A stretch of DNA of 64,000 nucleotides from assembly GCA_034226945.1 (NCBI GenBank), contig CP120453.1, positions 620,001 through 684,000 of the forward strand, given 5' to 3'. Source of the stretch: Picochlorum sp. SENEW3. Lineage: Eukaryota. Within the stretch, counting starts at the first letter, position 1, and each line of letters opens with the position of its first letter. This document shows positions 23,495 to 33,216 of the stretch, piece by piece. The translations under genes and the position numbers were made by a program. The notes under the pieces are model-generated. The model was not told where the DNA came from, searched no databases, and was given only the letters and a program-made list of their open reading frames with translations.

Positions 23495-23599
23495 TACCCA
23501 CGGCCGGACTTGAACCGGCGACCACTAGATACCTATCAACCATACCCTTTGATAGGACTGTCTTAAAAGTCTAGCGCTCTACCACTGAGCTACGCGGGT
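23495..23599 (-). tRNA. tRNA-Lys(UUU) with a 33-nt intron (23563-23531)
   Basis: Cloverleaf: acceptor ACCCGCG/CGTGGGT, D arm GCTC-AGTGGTA-GAGC, anticodon stem CTAGA/TCTAG with CT-TTT-A, T arm GCCGG-TTCAAGT-CCGGC. A T5 run just downstream is a plausible Pol III terminator. Confidence 0.93.
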
Positions 23600-23695
23600 A
23601 GGGAGACAACGGGACAGAATTTCCTGTTGTATACTAAGAGATGTTCACCACGCCACGCCCCCAGAAGAATTTTTTTTTAGGAGAGTTGTTACATT

Positions 23696-24091
23696 GTGAT
23701 CCAATCTAGTGGCCCTGAAGGGCGAAATACAATAATACGCATGCATAGCAAGGGAAAAAGACCCTCATGGGGAAGAGAAAAACCAAGCAAAGAGACATGG
23801 ATCATTGCTGCCGTCCTAGATCTTAGCACGCTGACAACTGAGTGCACCACAGAGCGTCACAAGGACGCCTGCGAGGTGCTTGCCTTACACTAAACGGAAC
23901 AACGCCAGGGCTCTGGACAGTGGATCCGACCGCCCCTTGGTGTGCTGAAGAAGCAAGAGAGGGAGAAAATCTGGGCCGACACAAAGTTGCTGCTTGCGTG
24001 GGCGGCCTCCTCGTGAGGGAACCCGGCTGCCTGTGCGACCAAGGAAGCTTGGGGTGTCAATGAGAAGCGCCCACGTTGCAACTATATATGA
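23696..24091 (+). pseudogene. Possible decayed coding fragment with two in-frame stops
   Basis: One frame reads protein-like through TAA (23891-23893) and TGA (24014-24016) to TGA at 24089-24091; locally more GC-rich than its flanks. Confidence 0.3.
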
Positions 24092-24466
24092 TATAATGCA
24101 TTTCCATCCATTCTTCAACTGGGGTTTTAGCTGCTATGACGACTGAATAATAGGGTATGCCAACCAAAAAGGACTCCTCTGAATGATCAGTCAGTCTTTT
24201 TTCAAATTCGACAGATCTGTCCTTGTTGTCGAAACAACGACCCTCCCGTCATGCCACGTGACATGGGCCATTATTTATTATTATCATTCAATAATAATAA
24301 TATGATGATGATGATACTGAGAAAAAATTGAAACCATTCAAGTGTTATGAGTGAAATGAAATGGAACGTTTATTCCGTTGTCAACAAACGTCGAGTCGGT
24401 GCGTATCTCACCCCAACAACAAATATTCATTCATACACGCTGAATTAATATTATTAAGATGATGAG

Positions 24467-25304
24467 ATGTATAGATGCATGTCGGTAAGAACACGAAGCT
24501 GTTTAACAACGACGACTGACCAGTCTCAAAAGGAGGACAGCGACTTGTTGGCTCTCCGTGATACATACACCAAAAGGTTGCTATTGCTCACGATGATGAC
24601 GGAACAACAGACATGCATGGATGCAGTTGTGGACCAAAATTTCTCCGAGTGTTCGAGAGAAGAGCCATCACCATCATCTCAGATGCCTGGAGACGAATCT
24701 TCTTGTTGTACTAGTACATCATTTGAGGAATGGGTCAAGACGGTAGGTTTCTTTCTTCTTCTTGGTAGAAGAATTCATGATGTCTCACCACTGTTTTATT
24801 ATTGTTTCTTAGCAGAGCCTGTCTGCACAGAAAGTCGTGCGTGCCCTTGCCTTGAGCGGTTTTTACAACCCAAAAACAAAGAACTTGAAAAGAAATATAT
24901 GTTGGTTCGAGGCGTACTTGGAGGGTCTTTTTGTTATGACTGAAAAGTTTGGTGAATTTGATGTGGACAACAAGTATGAAGAGGTTGCTTTGCACAAGGT
25001 AAAGGAGCAGTGCGCCTTGGAGGGGTGGAATTTTGAAAGGGTGTGCCAGGTGGCATGTGATGAAGAGATTGAGTTTGAGTCATTCATTGGAGAGGAATAC
25101 AAGACTATTATGACGCCAAGGACACCACCAGGATTTTACCGTGAAATTCACAACAATACTAATAGAGCATTCTTTCCAGTAGGAAAGAAACAAAAAAAAC
25201 AAAGGCGCAAGAAGAAAAGAGTTCCTCTCGAGCCATCAAAGCCTATGACTATCGTGGTGGAACGCCCAGGAAAGCGTCCTTGTACAAAATTGGCCTTGAA
25301 GTAG
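24467..25304 (+). CDS. Orphan two-exon protein with a basic NLS-like C-terminus
   Basis: Phase-0 GT-AG intron 24743-24815 joins the two ORFs; KKQKKQRRKKKR near the C-terminus. Start codon uncertain. Confidence 0.55.
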
Positions 25305-25524
25305 TAGCTACCAACCTTGGACCCACAAACTTGGGAACCACGTTGGACATGGGAAATCACGAAAATATTCTTCATTTGCTTGCTACACAAATATATTATT
25401 ATAAAAAATTAAAGAAAAAGAACTATACATCATCAATCAACCACTGCGGTGACGAAAGAAAGAAAATGCATTCTGCATCATATTTTTCTTTCTAAAGAAC
25501 AAGAGGCAAGAAAAAGAAGCAAGA

Positions 25525-26721
25525 ATGTCGTCATCAATCGAGCCAGGGTCGCTCCTTGGCAAAGGTCGCTATAGAGTTGTAAAGGAAATCAATCGTGGAG
25601 GGACTGCAGTGGTGTATGAAGGAGTGGATCTCATGCAGCAGACGCGAGTTGCTCTCAAGGTGATGAGTCCCAAGCACTATAGCTCTTCGTCGTCCATGAA
25701 GGCTGTCAAGAGGGAGATTGAATACGCCGTGTCCGTGCAAAACGATCACGTTGTCAAGCTTCTCGATTTTGTCGCGGATGAAAGACACGTTGTGATTGTG
25801 TGGGAGCTCATTACTGGGTCGGACCTGCTCGACCTGCTGAATGACAAGGGAGGGCGACTCCAAGAGCGAGAGGCTGCATTTTACTTTGCGCAATTGTTAC
25901 AGGCAGTCATGTTCATTCATTCTCATGGATTGTGTCACAGAGACTTGAAACCAGAAAATTGCATGGTGGAGCAGGCAACCAATCGCCTCAAAATTATTGA
26001 TTTTGGACTGAGCAGACGAGAGCAGTCAGCAGTGACGCTGGGTGTTGGAACCCCAGATTACATGGCGCCAGAACTTTTGGGTGCGACGACGGACAATTTT
26101 GACGCACTTAAACAACGCCGGGTGGGAAAATATGATGCCAAAGCCTGTGATGTGTGGGCCATGGGAGTCCTGCTGTATCTCCTTGTGACTGGCAAGTATC
26201 CCTTTGAAAACCCAAAGCAGTCAAACAATGTGATTGCAACCCTTCAAAACATTCGAAATGGCCGCATGCGCCCATTGCCATCTCGAATTTCCGCAGAATG
26301 TGTGAATTTGATCGAGTGCATGTTGCGTCAGGACCCACTGCAGAGAATCACCCTTGCCGACATGTGCGCCCATCCATGGTTCCGCATGTGCAATGTATCA
26401 TCATCATCCACTGTGACTCACAGTGGTAGTGGTGATGATGATAATGCCTCGTTGGAAAAAAAGGATGACAGTTTCTCGTTTCCCTCGGGCGCTGATGATG
26501 TGGTAGGATCGAAAAACACACCAGCGACAATTCAGTCTCCCATCATCAGTGTGAGCGCACATGCATCATCATCAACGACGACACCTCCACCAAAGGTGGC
26601 CCAAGTCTCACGTAACGAAAGTGGCGACACCATTATCAAAGTCACCAAGGTTTCTGCTGCTGAACAACAAAAGCCACCACGCACAATGGGATTTTGTGGA
26701 TTTTTGTTCCGTCATCGTTGA
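25525..26721 (+). CDS. Ser/Thr protein kinase (CAMK/SnRK-like)
   Basis: VALK, HRDLKPEN, DFG, GTPDYMAPE and DVWAMG subdomain motifs. Confidence 0.95.
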   Translation: MSSSIEPGSLLGKGRYRVVKEINRGGTAVVYEGVDLMQQTRVALKVMSPKHYSSSSSMKAVKREIEYAVSVQNDHVVKLLDFVADERHVVIVWELITGSDLLDLLNDKGGRLQEREAAFYFAQLLQAVMFIHSHGLCHRDLKPENCMVEQATNRLKIIDFGLSRREQSAVTLGVGTPDYMAPELLGATTDNFDALKQRRVGKYDAKACDVWAMGVLLYLLVTGKYPFENPKQSNNVIATLQNIRNGRMRPLPSRISAECVNLIECMLRQDPLQRITLADMCAHPWFRMCNVSSSSTVTHSGSGDDDNASLEKKDDSFSFPSGADDVVGSKNTPATIQSPIISVSAHASSSTTTPPPKVAQVSRNESGDTIIKVTKVSAAEQQKPPRTMGFCGFLFRHR

Positions 26722-26741
26722 CTTTTATGTATGTATTATTT

Positions 26742-27365
26742 TTATTGTGGTAATATCAAGTACTCTGTCAGTAGACAATAGTCTTCATTGTAGTATCGAT
26801 GCCAATAATGATACATATAACCACTCAATATGCCTGATACATGCCCAAGAAAACTCACGTGGTGGTTCCAGCTCAACTGAATCACAATCAAAATGACCCA
26901 AGGCACCACCTGCCGTTGCGACCGTATCGACTCGATGGCCATCAACCCAAAGAGAACGGACGACATTCCGACAATGGATACTCGTGTGAGATGCAACGCC
27001 ATTGAATTTGGGAGGACCCAGTCTCCGAGGTAGCAGAATGCGCAATACAAAACGACGGAAAGGGCATTTAATGTTGCAGCACATGTGAAAAACATGCCAC
27101 TCCCGAGCATTGGTTCCAACAGATATCCCAATTGGAACAACGCAGTCATATTTAAGAGTATATGAGGGATATTTGCATGCATAAAGCAATACGTTAGTGC
27201 CCTCCAGAGTTGAAAGCGTTGGACAATGGCATGTGCTGACAGTGCTCCATGGTCGCCAAATGCTGCTACAAACGACTGCTGTTGCTGAGCGATGAACACT
27301 ACGATGCAGAGGCCGATCAGAGTGATTGTCACTGGTATTTTTCTGATACCGTCGGGATGCATCAT
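26742..27365 (-). CDS. Rhomboid-family intramembrane protease
   Basis: QLWRALT, HANIPHILLNM, catalytic-type GMS and SFLGHVSG. Confidence 0.85.
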   Translation of the reverse strand: MMHPDGIRKIPVTITLIGLCIVVFIAQQQQSFVAAFGDHGALSAHAIVQRFQLWRALTYCFMHANIPHILLNMTALFQLGYLLEPMLGSGMFFTCAATLNALSVVLYCAFCYLGDWVLPNSMALHLTRVSIVGMSSVLFGLMAIESIRSQRQVVPWVILIVIQLSWNHHVSFLGHVSGILSGYMYHYWHRYYNEDYCLLTEYLILPQ

Positions 27366-27487
27366 GGTATTATTATTACAAAGGTTACAAAAAATTCAAC
27401 AAAACAAAAAGAATCTGGTTGTCAATTTAATAGTAGTAGATCCATCAGCTGATGTCTGTCTGCAGTATCTTACCACTACTACTACTA

Positions 27488-29221
27488 CTACAGAAGCGAG
27501 GTGATGACAGAAAGGAATACACCGAGAGTGGTGGTGAATACAACATGCCGGCCAAGACTTGCTGAGGCTTGAGGCTCTTCTTCTTCTTCTTCTTCAAGAG
27601 CCGTTGGTCCACTGCTCGGAGTAGCAGCGTTTGCGTCCGACTTGATTTCTGGCAGTGCCTTGTCCTCCGTGTTTTCTCGCTCTCCAGACACCAGGGCGTT
27701 GTAGTTGGCATGGGTGCTGGCCAACACCTCGGTCAACAACTCGCCGTCGACGCAGGTCCCGTTGTACCCAAACTCGGCTGGAGGGTCGCCAGATGGAATC
27801 TTGTAGTCCCTGAACCACTCGTAAATGGCTTGAAGCTCGCCAGGGAAGGCTTCTTCAGCCTGCGCAGCATTGGACACCTCGGAAGCCTTGGGGCTGTCGG
27901 TGGGAATCACAACCACCTTCCAATCAACCTCGCCGTCATCAATCATGGCAAAGGCGCACACAGGCTTTACCTGGTACACTTGGCCGCTTGTGCACGCCGT
28001 GCTCCCAATCTCAACCACATCAGTGGGGTCGTTGTCACCTCCAACACCGCCCAGCTCCTCTGAGATCACATCTGGATCCTCCCAGGTCTGAGGCAACATG
28101 CCATAGTTCCACAGGATGGGGTATGGATAGTCACGCGGCTTGCCATCCTTCTCGTCCTGTGCAATAGGGTTTCCCTCCTCCTCTGTCTGCGTCTCAAACT
28201 TGGCAGTGGTGTTGACGGGAATCTCACAGAAAAAGTTGAGTGTGCCATTTGTGGCACCATAGAGGGGAATGTCGTGCCAGGCTGAGATGACATTTCCATC
28301 GGCATCCAGGGTACTGACACGATATGCCAACGTTCCTGGCGTTCCCTCTGTCTGGACAGAGAAACCAAGAGGAGAAGGTCCACTGCTCGGAGTAGCAGCG
28401 TTTGCGTCCGACTTGATTTCTGGCAGTGCCTTGTCCTCCGTGTTTTCTCGCTCTCCAGACACCAGGGCGTTGTAGTTGGCATGGGTGCTGGCCAACACCT
28501 CGGTCAACAACTCGCCGTCGACGCAGGTCCCGTTGTACCCAAACTCGGCTGGAGGGTCGCCAGATGGAATCTTGTAGTCCCTGAACCACTCGTAAATGGC
28601 TTGAAGCTCGCCAGGGAAGGCTTCTTCAGCCTGCGCAGCATTGGACACCTCGGAAGCCTTGGGGCTGTCGGTGGGAATCACAACCACCTTCCAGTCAACC
28701 TCGCCGTCATCAATCATGGCAAAGGCGCACACAGGCTTTACCTGGTACACTTGGCCGCTTGTGCACGCCGTGCTCCCAATCTCAACCACGTCGGTGGGGT
28801 CGTTGTCACCTCCAACACCGCCCAGCTCCTCTGAGATCACATCTGGATCCTCCCAGGTCTGAGGCAACATGCCATAGTTCCACAGGATGGGGTATGGATA
28901 GTCACGCGGCTTGCCATCCTTCTCGTCCTGTGCAATAGGGTTTCCCTCCTCCTCTGTCTGCGTCTCAAACTTGGCAGTGGTGTTGACGGGAATCTCACAG
29001 AAAAAGTTGAGTGTGCCATTTGTGGCACCATAGAGGGGAATGTCGTGCCAGGCTGAGATGACATTTCCATCGGCATCCAAGGTACTAACACGATATGCCA
29101 ACGTTCCTGGCGTTCCCTTTGTGTCTGTGGAAAAACCAAGAGCACCTGCTGCTGCTGCTGTTGCCTGTGCAGCCAACAGGATTCCTGCAGCACTATATAC
29201 CAACACAGAGTTCCAAACCAT
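27488..29221 (-). CDS. Family I inorganic pyrophosphatase with two tandem catalytic domains, a signal peptide and a hydrophobic C-terminal tail
   Basis: Two copies of ISAWHDIPL...NYGMLPQTWEDP...GDNDPTDVVEIG...IDDGEVDWKVV...WFRDYK; hydrophobic N- and C-termini. Confidence 0.92.
   Translation of the reverse strand: MVWNSVLVYSAAGILLAAQATAAAAGALGFSTDTKGTPGTLAYRVSTLDADGNVISAWHDIPLYGATNGTLNFFCEIPVNTTAKFETQTEEEGNPIAQDEKDGKPRDYPYPILWNYGMLPQTWEDPDVISEELGGVGGDNDPTDVVEIGSTACTSGQVYQVKPVCAFAMIDDGEVDWKVVVIPTDSPKASEVSNAAQAEEAFPGELQAIYEWFRDYKIPSGDPPAEFGYNGTCVDGELLTEVLASTHANYNALVSGERENTEDKALPEIKSDANAATPSSGPSPLGFSVQTEGTPGTLAYRVSTLDADGNVISAWHDIPLYGATNGTLNFFCEIPVNTTAKFETQTEEEGNPIAQDEKDGKPRDYPYPILWNYGMLPQTWEDPDVISEELGGVGGDNDPTDVVEIGSTACTSGQVYQVKPVCAFAMIDDGEVDWKVVVIPTDSPKASEVSNAAQAEEAFPGELQAIYEWFRDYKIPSGDPPAEFGYNGTCVDGELLTEVLASTHANYNALVSGERENTEDKALPEIKSDANAATPSSGPTALEEEEEEEPQASASLGRHVVFTTTLGVFLSVITSLL
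27606..29118. repeat. Tandem near-identical duplication, period 771 bp
   Basis: 27606-28347 matches 28377-29118; by eye I count five substitutions, all silent. Confidence 0.95.
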
Positions 29222-29821
29222 CGTTTATTTGTTTTAGTCTATCAACGTATTTGATTGTCCATCGAGAATCAAACATGTCAACAACAACATCAGAGCAACT
29301 CCTTTCTTTTGCTGAGCACTGAAAGGAATCTAGATTCGGAATCTTCTGTGATGGAAAGATTCCTGCCTTGTGTTCTTCTTCTAGGAGAACTCAAAACATC
29401 ACACTGCATGCCTTTCATTTTATTTTTTTTACCACTTGGTATTATATTTTCCTTCTACTGCTGCTGCTGCTGCTGCTGCTTGAATTTTCATTCAATATCC
29501 ATCTACCTCAATAGATATACATATATACCGAAGTCAACCAAGACTAATTAGTCTTGGCTAGCATTATAATGCTCTCATATGAGATCATGCATGATGAGAG
29601 AGCTTTCTCTCCCTCGATATATACATGGATCGACAATGTCTGCCTTGGCGCAATGCTGTATGTCCAAACGCCAATCATGTATATGATTGCATTGATCATT
29701 GAAGGCCTCCAAATTACCTCTTCCTCCCCCAAAGCAAGCAAGAAACACAGGAAGGAAAAGGAATCATAAGTACTAGTTCATGTATGTCAATTCAAAAAAC
29801 TATTCATAAACTTTAAAAAAA

Positions 29822-30534
29822 ATGCGTGTACACCAATCAGTATCTTTCCTCGTACTATGCTGCCTTGTGCTTCTTTTGCAGCAGAATAGCCTTGCCTTGG
29901 CAGGCAAAGACGTTCCTCCAGTGCGTTTGCTCTTGTCGCTCTTCGTGCCTCCTTCTTCTCTTTAACCACTCCAACAACAAATATACAGGCAGTAACATGC
30001 GGTAGCATTGTGAAATTGAAGAATGAAAAGACTGGACACGTTCTTCACTCGATCGACGTCAACTATGGAACTGGAAGTGGACAGCAGGCGGTGATTGGAT
30101 CTACCGCCTCAGATAGTGCGGATAGTATGTGGATTGTTCGATCTGACAGTGCAGACTGCCGACAAGGCACTCCGATCAAGCAGAATCAGCTGATTCGTTT
30201 GCAGCACGTTCGTACAGCCAAGTGGTTGCACAGTCATCTGTTCCAGAGTCCCCTGTCTGGTCAGCAAGAAATTAGTTGCTTCGGGTCTGCAAAGCAGAGT
30301 GATACTGGAGATGTGTGGTCTGTTGAATGGGATGATGGCAAAAAGACGGCGTGGTTGAGAGACATGCCAGTGCGACTCAAGCACAAGGATACTGGGAGGT
30401 TCTTGTCCAATCACGGAAAGACCTATCCTCGTCCGATCCAGGGTCATTCGGAGGTGTTTGGAAGTTCAAAAAAAGGAAAAGAGCAGTTGTTTAGAGCTGG
30501 AGAAGGAGTCTATTTTGCAGAGAGAGAAACGTAA
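29822..30534 (+). CDS. SDF2: Stromal cell-derived factor 2-like ER protein (MIR domains)
   Basis: Exon 29822-29920 encodes a signal peptide; intron 29921-29988; then VTCGSIVKL, LHSIDVNYGTGSGQQAV, LHSHLFQSPLSGQQEISCFG. Confidence 0.93.
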
Positions 30535-31961
30535 GAGTCATCATGCATGATTGTTCCGCAGCCTAGGCATACAGAGTCTTCGTACAGCACGGCATACTGT
30601 CCTGCAGCGAGTCCCTGATCAATGCCGTCTAATTCTATCATTAATTCATTCATTTCTTTTTCGTGTATTGTACAATCGTACATCTGAGGTCCGTGACGGA
30701 CTTTGCATTGAATCCGTTGTGACTGTGGGCGCATGGGTCCCAACCAATTTATGTTGACACAGCGAAACCTGCGTCGAGTAGCCCTACTATCATCACTAGC
30801 GTTATACTGGCGTGAGATGTACACGGCATTGTTCCGGACGTCCTTTCTGGTCACATACCATGGTCCACCAGACAGGTGAATGCCCTTTCGCTGGCCAACA
30901 GTGTAGAACCAGTATCCAGCGTGATATCCTACGACACTGTTGGATTCTTCCTCCACCAAAGGCCCCGGCCATTCTCCTATATGCTCCCGTATAAACTCGT
31001 CGAATTTGACCTTGCCCAAGAAACAAATTCCCTGGGAATCTTTTCTGGATGTGTTGGGCAGTCGAGCACACATGGCAAGTTCCCTGACCTGTGGCTTTGT
31101 GAAACATCCCAACGGAAACATGGCTTTGCAAAGCTGCTCCGGCTTTAAATTTGCTAAAAAATATGTCTGATCTTTGACGGCATCGGGAGTCAAGACCATT
31201 CTAATTCTTGTCTCATCATTCTTCTCGTCTCCTCTACGTTGAATTCGAGCATAGTGCCCAGAGGCAATTCTGTCGAATTCATCCCCGTACTCGCGATCCA
31301 AATATTCATAAAATGCTCCGAACTTCACTCTGGAATTACACAGCATGTCAGGATTGGGCGTTCGCCCCGCCTTGACTTCTCCGATGGAATGATCAACCAC
31401 ACGATCCCAATACTCTGAACTCAAATGCACTGTTTTTAGAGGGACATCCAATGCATCACACACTGCATTACAGTATGCCAAGTCTTCTTCCCATGGACAC
31501 GCATCCCATGTATTTCGAAAGTCCTCTTGGAACCAAATCTGAAGGTAAAAAGCAGTCACCTCATGACCAGCTGCACGCAACAGAGCTAGTGCCACGCTAC
31601 TATCCACCCCTCCACTCAGCAGCATGGCAATCTTGAGAGGTCTTTTGTGTACACCGACTTCACATGTGTCACGGGCACCCGTATGCGTTTGCCACACGTG
31701 CTCGAGGCTCGTTTTTTCTCCCTGTTGTGAAGAAAAAAACTCCCCCTTTGTCGTCGTGGTACCCTGCCTTCCTTTGTCATCAACATGCAACGTCTCAGCC
31801 TGCTTCAGGATACCCCATTCGTCATGTATATTAGTACTGGAGTGTGATATGACCATTCTCGCATGGCCATTGTAACATTTGCTCGTTTTCTTGACGACTG
31901 TGAATGCCACATGCGACTGTGGCATGAATCTCTCTGCAAAGCGCAGGCCAGTTCCATCCAT
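30510..31961 (-). CDS. mnmA: Organellar tRNA-specific 2-thiouridylase
   Basis: LSGGVDSSVA, RTPNPDMLCN, ASGHYA, KDQTYFL, DSQGICF, GQYAVLY, plus an N-terminal targeting extension. Confidence 0.95.
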   Translation of the reverse strand: MDGTGLRFAERFMPQSHVAFTVVKKTSKCYNGHARMVISHSSTNIHDEWGILKQAETLHVDDKGRQGTTTTKGEFFSSQQGEKTSLEHVWQTHTGARDTCEVGVHKRPLKIAMLLSGGVDSSVALALLRAAGHEVTAFYLQIWFQEDFRNTWDACPWEEDLAYCNAVCDALDVPLKTVHLSSEYWDRVVDHSIGEVKAGRTPNPDMLCNSRVKFGAFYEYLDREYGDEFDRIASGHYARIQRRGDEKNDETRIRMVLTPDAVKDQTYFLANLKPEQLCKAMFPLGCFTKPQVRELAMCARLPNTSRKDSQGICFLGKVKFDEFIREHIGEWPGPLVEEESNSVVGYHAGYWFYTVGQRKGIHLSGGPWYVTRKDVRNNAVYISRQYNASDDSRATRRRFRCVNINWLGPMRPQSQRIQCKVRHGPQMYDCTIHEKEMNELMIELDGIDQGLAAGQYAVLYEDSVCLGCGTIMHDDSYVSLSAK

Positions 31962-32152
31962 GGTTTCAAATACATGTACTATCTATAATGTCATCTTATT
32001 ATGATGGTATCTGACGCCAATACTGAAACCTGAATGACATTTTTTATATTCCAACCTACGGAAAAGATGAGAAACCGCAGGCCAAGTGTATTCTCAATCG
32101 CCCCATTCATTCCTCCAATGTATCCTCAGAAATTAAAATTTAATCTATAATA

Positions 32153-33187
32153 ATGAATTGTCTTCATCCGCAGAGCGGAATCAGGATGCTGCCTGCTCAA
32201 AGGGCAGGCTGGGCGTATCGACACACATGTGTCGAGCAGCAGCAGCTGCTGTTGGATGGGCATCCAAAGGCACGATGCATGGCACGCAGTCATACGGGAT
32301 ATATAGTTTCTAGATATAACAGATCGGTCACCAATGTGCGTGCTGGCGGCGAGGCTCTCTCGTCTGCTGCTGGCCCTGACGACGGTGATACGAATACCGA
32401 GGGTAGAACAGGATCAGTGGTGGTGCTCAAGGCATTCGTGATAGCTGCTGCCGCTGCTGCTCTTCTTATGCTGATTGCCCCACAACCAATCATGACATTT
32501 CTGTATAGTTGCAAGGAATTCTTGACCACGTCTGTGCTGGCAAAATCTGGATTTTTTGCATCTCTGAGCTTGATATTTGCATCTGAGATTGGCGACAAGA
32601 CATTTTTCATTGCAGCATTGTTGGCAATGAGGTATGGGAGAATACTCAGTTTCTTAGGATCAGTAGCATCTTTGAGTTTGATGACTGTCATTTCTGTGAT
32701 TATTGGGTTTGCTGTGCAACGTGTTCCAGCAGTGGTGGAGTCTAGTGAAGTTGTAGGTAAATATCTCAGTGCAGCATCGCTGCTGTACTTTGGCATTCGC
32801 TCTCTCTACTCTGCAGCCACGCAAGACGCGACCACCTCTGGGGAGGAATTTTCAGAGGCAGAAGAGCAGGTTGCTTCTGCTGAAGAGTCTGGAAGTATTC
32901 AGAAGAGTAATTTGAGGAATAATTGGGCGGCATTCATAGAGATTGCTGGGTTGATATTTGTTGCTGAATGGGGTGATCGGTCCATGCTGGCGACGATTGC
33001 ATTGGGGGCTGCGCAGTCTCCGATTGGTGTTGCAGGAGGTGCCATCATGGGGCATGCTGTGGCGACATTGATTGCTGTGCTTGGAGGAGCTGCTCTGTCA
33101 GACAGTATTAGTGAGCGCACAGTGAATGTGATTGGGGGGGCCTTGTTCATTCTGTTTGCCATTGCGACAATGATGGGCGTATTTTAA
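32153..33187 (+). CDS. GDT1/UPF0016 Mn2+/Ca2+ transporter, probably chloroplastic
   Basis: Two family motifs SEIGDKT and AEWGDRS; transit-peptide-like N-terminus. Confidence 0.92.
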   Translation: MNCLHPQSGIRMLPAQRAGWAYRHTCVEQQQLLLDGHPKARCMARSHTGYIVSRYNRSVTNVRAGGEALSSAAGPDDGDTNTEGRTGSVVVLKAFVIAAAAAALLMLIAPQPIMTFLYSCKEFLTTSVLAKSGFFASLSLIFASEIGDKTFFIAALLAMRYGRILSFLGSVASLSLMTVISVIIGFAVQRVPAVVESSEVVGKYLSAASLLYFGIRSLYSAATQDATTSGEEFSEAEEQVASAEESGSIQKSNLRNNWAAFIEIAGLIFVAEWGDRSMLATIALGAAQSPIGVAGGAIMGHAVATLIAVLGGAALSDSISERTVNVIGGALFILFAIATMMGVF

Positions 33188-33216
33188 TATATATATATCT
33201 GTAATAATAATAAGAA

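Noticed and set aside
23690..23735. Hammerhead-ribozyme-like GCCC-TGAA-GGGC-GAAA
   Set aside because: The upstream core is CTAGTG rather than CTGANGA, and stem I and the NUH site cannot be formed.
23780..24130. Telomerase RNA, U2, U3, SRP or MRP RNA
   Set aside because: Only short coincidental matches (GCTAAGATC, CTAAAC); no full template or diagnostic boxes.
23495..31961. Functional clustering of tRNA-Lys(UUU) with mnmA
   Set aside because: MnmA here is organelle-targeted while cytosolic tRNAs use the Ncs6/Ncs2 pathway; 7-kb proximity is likely chance.
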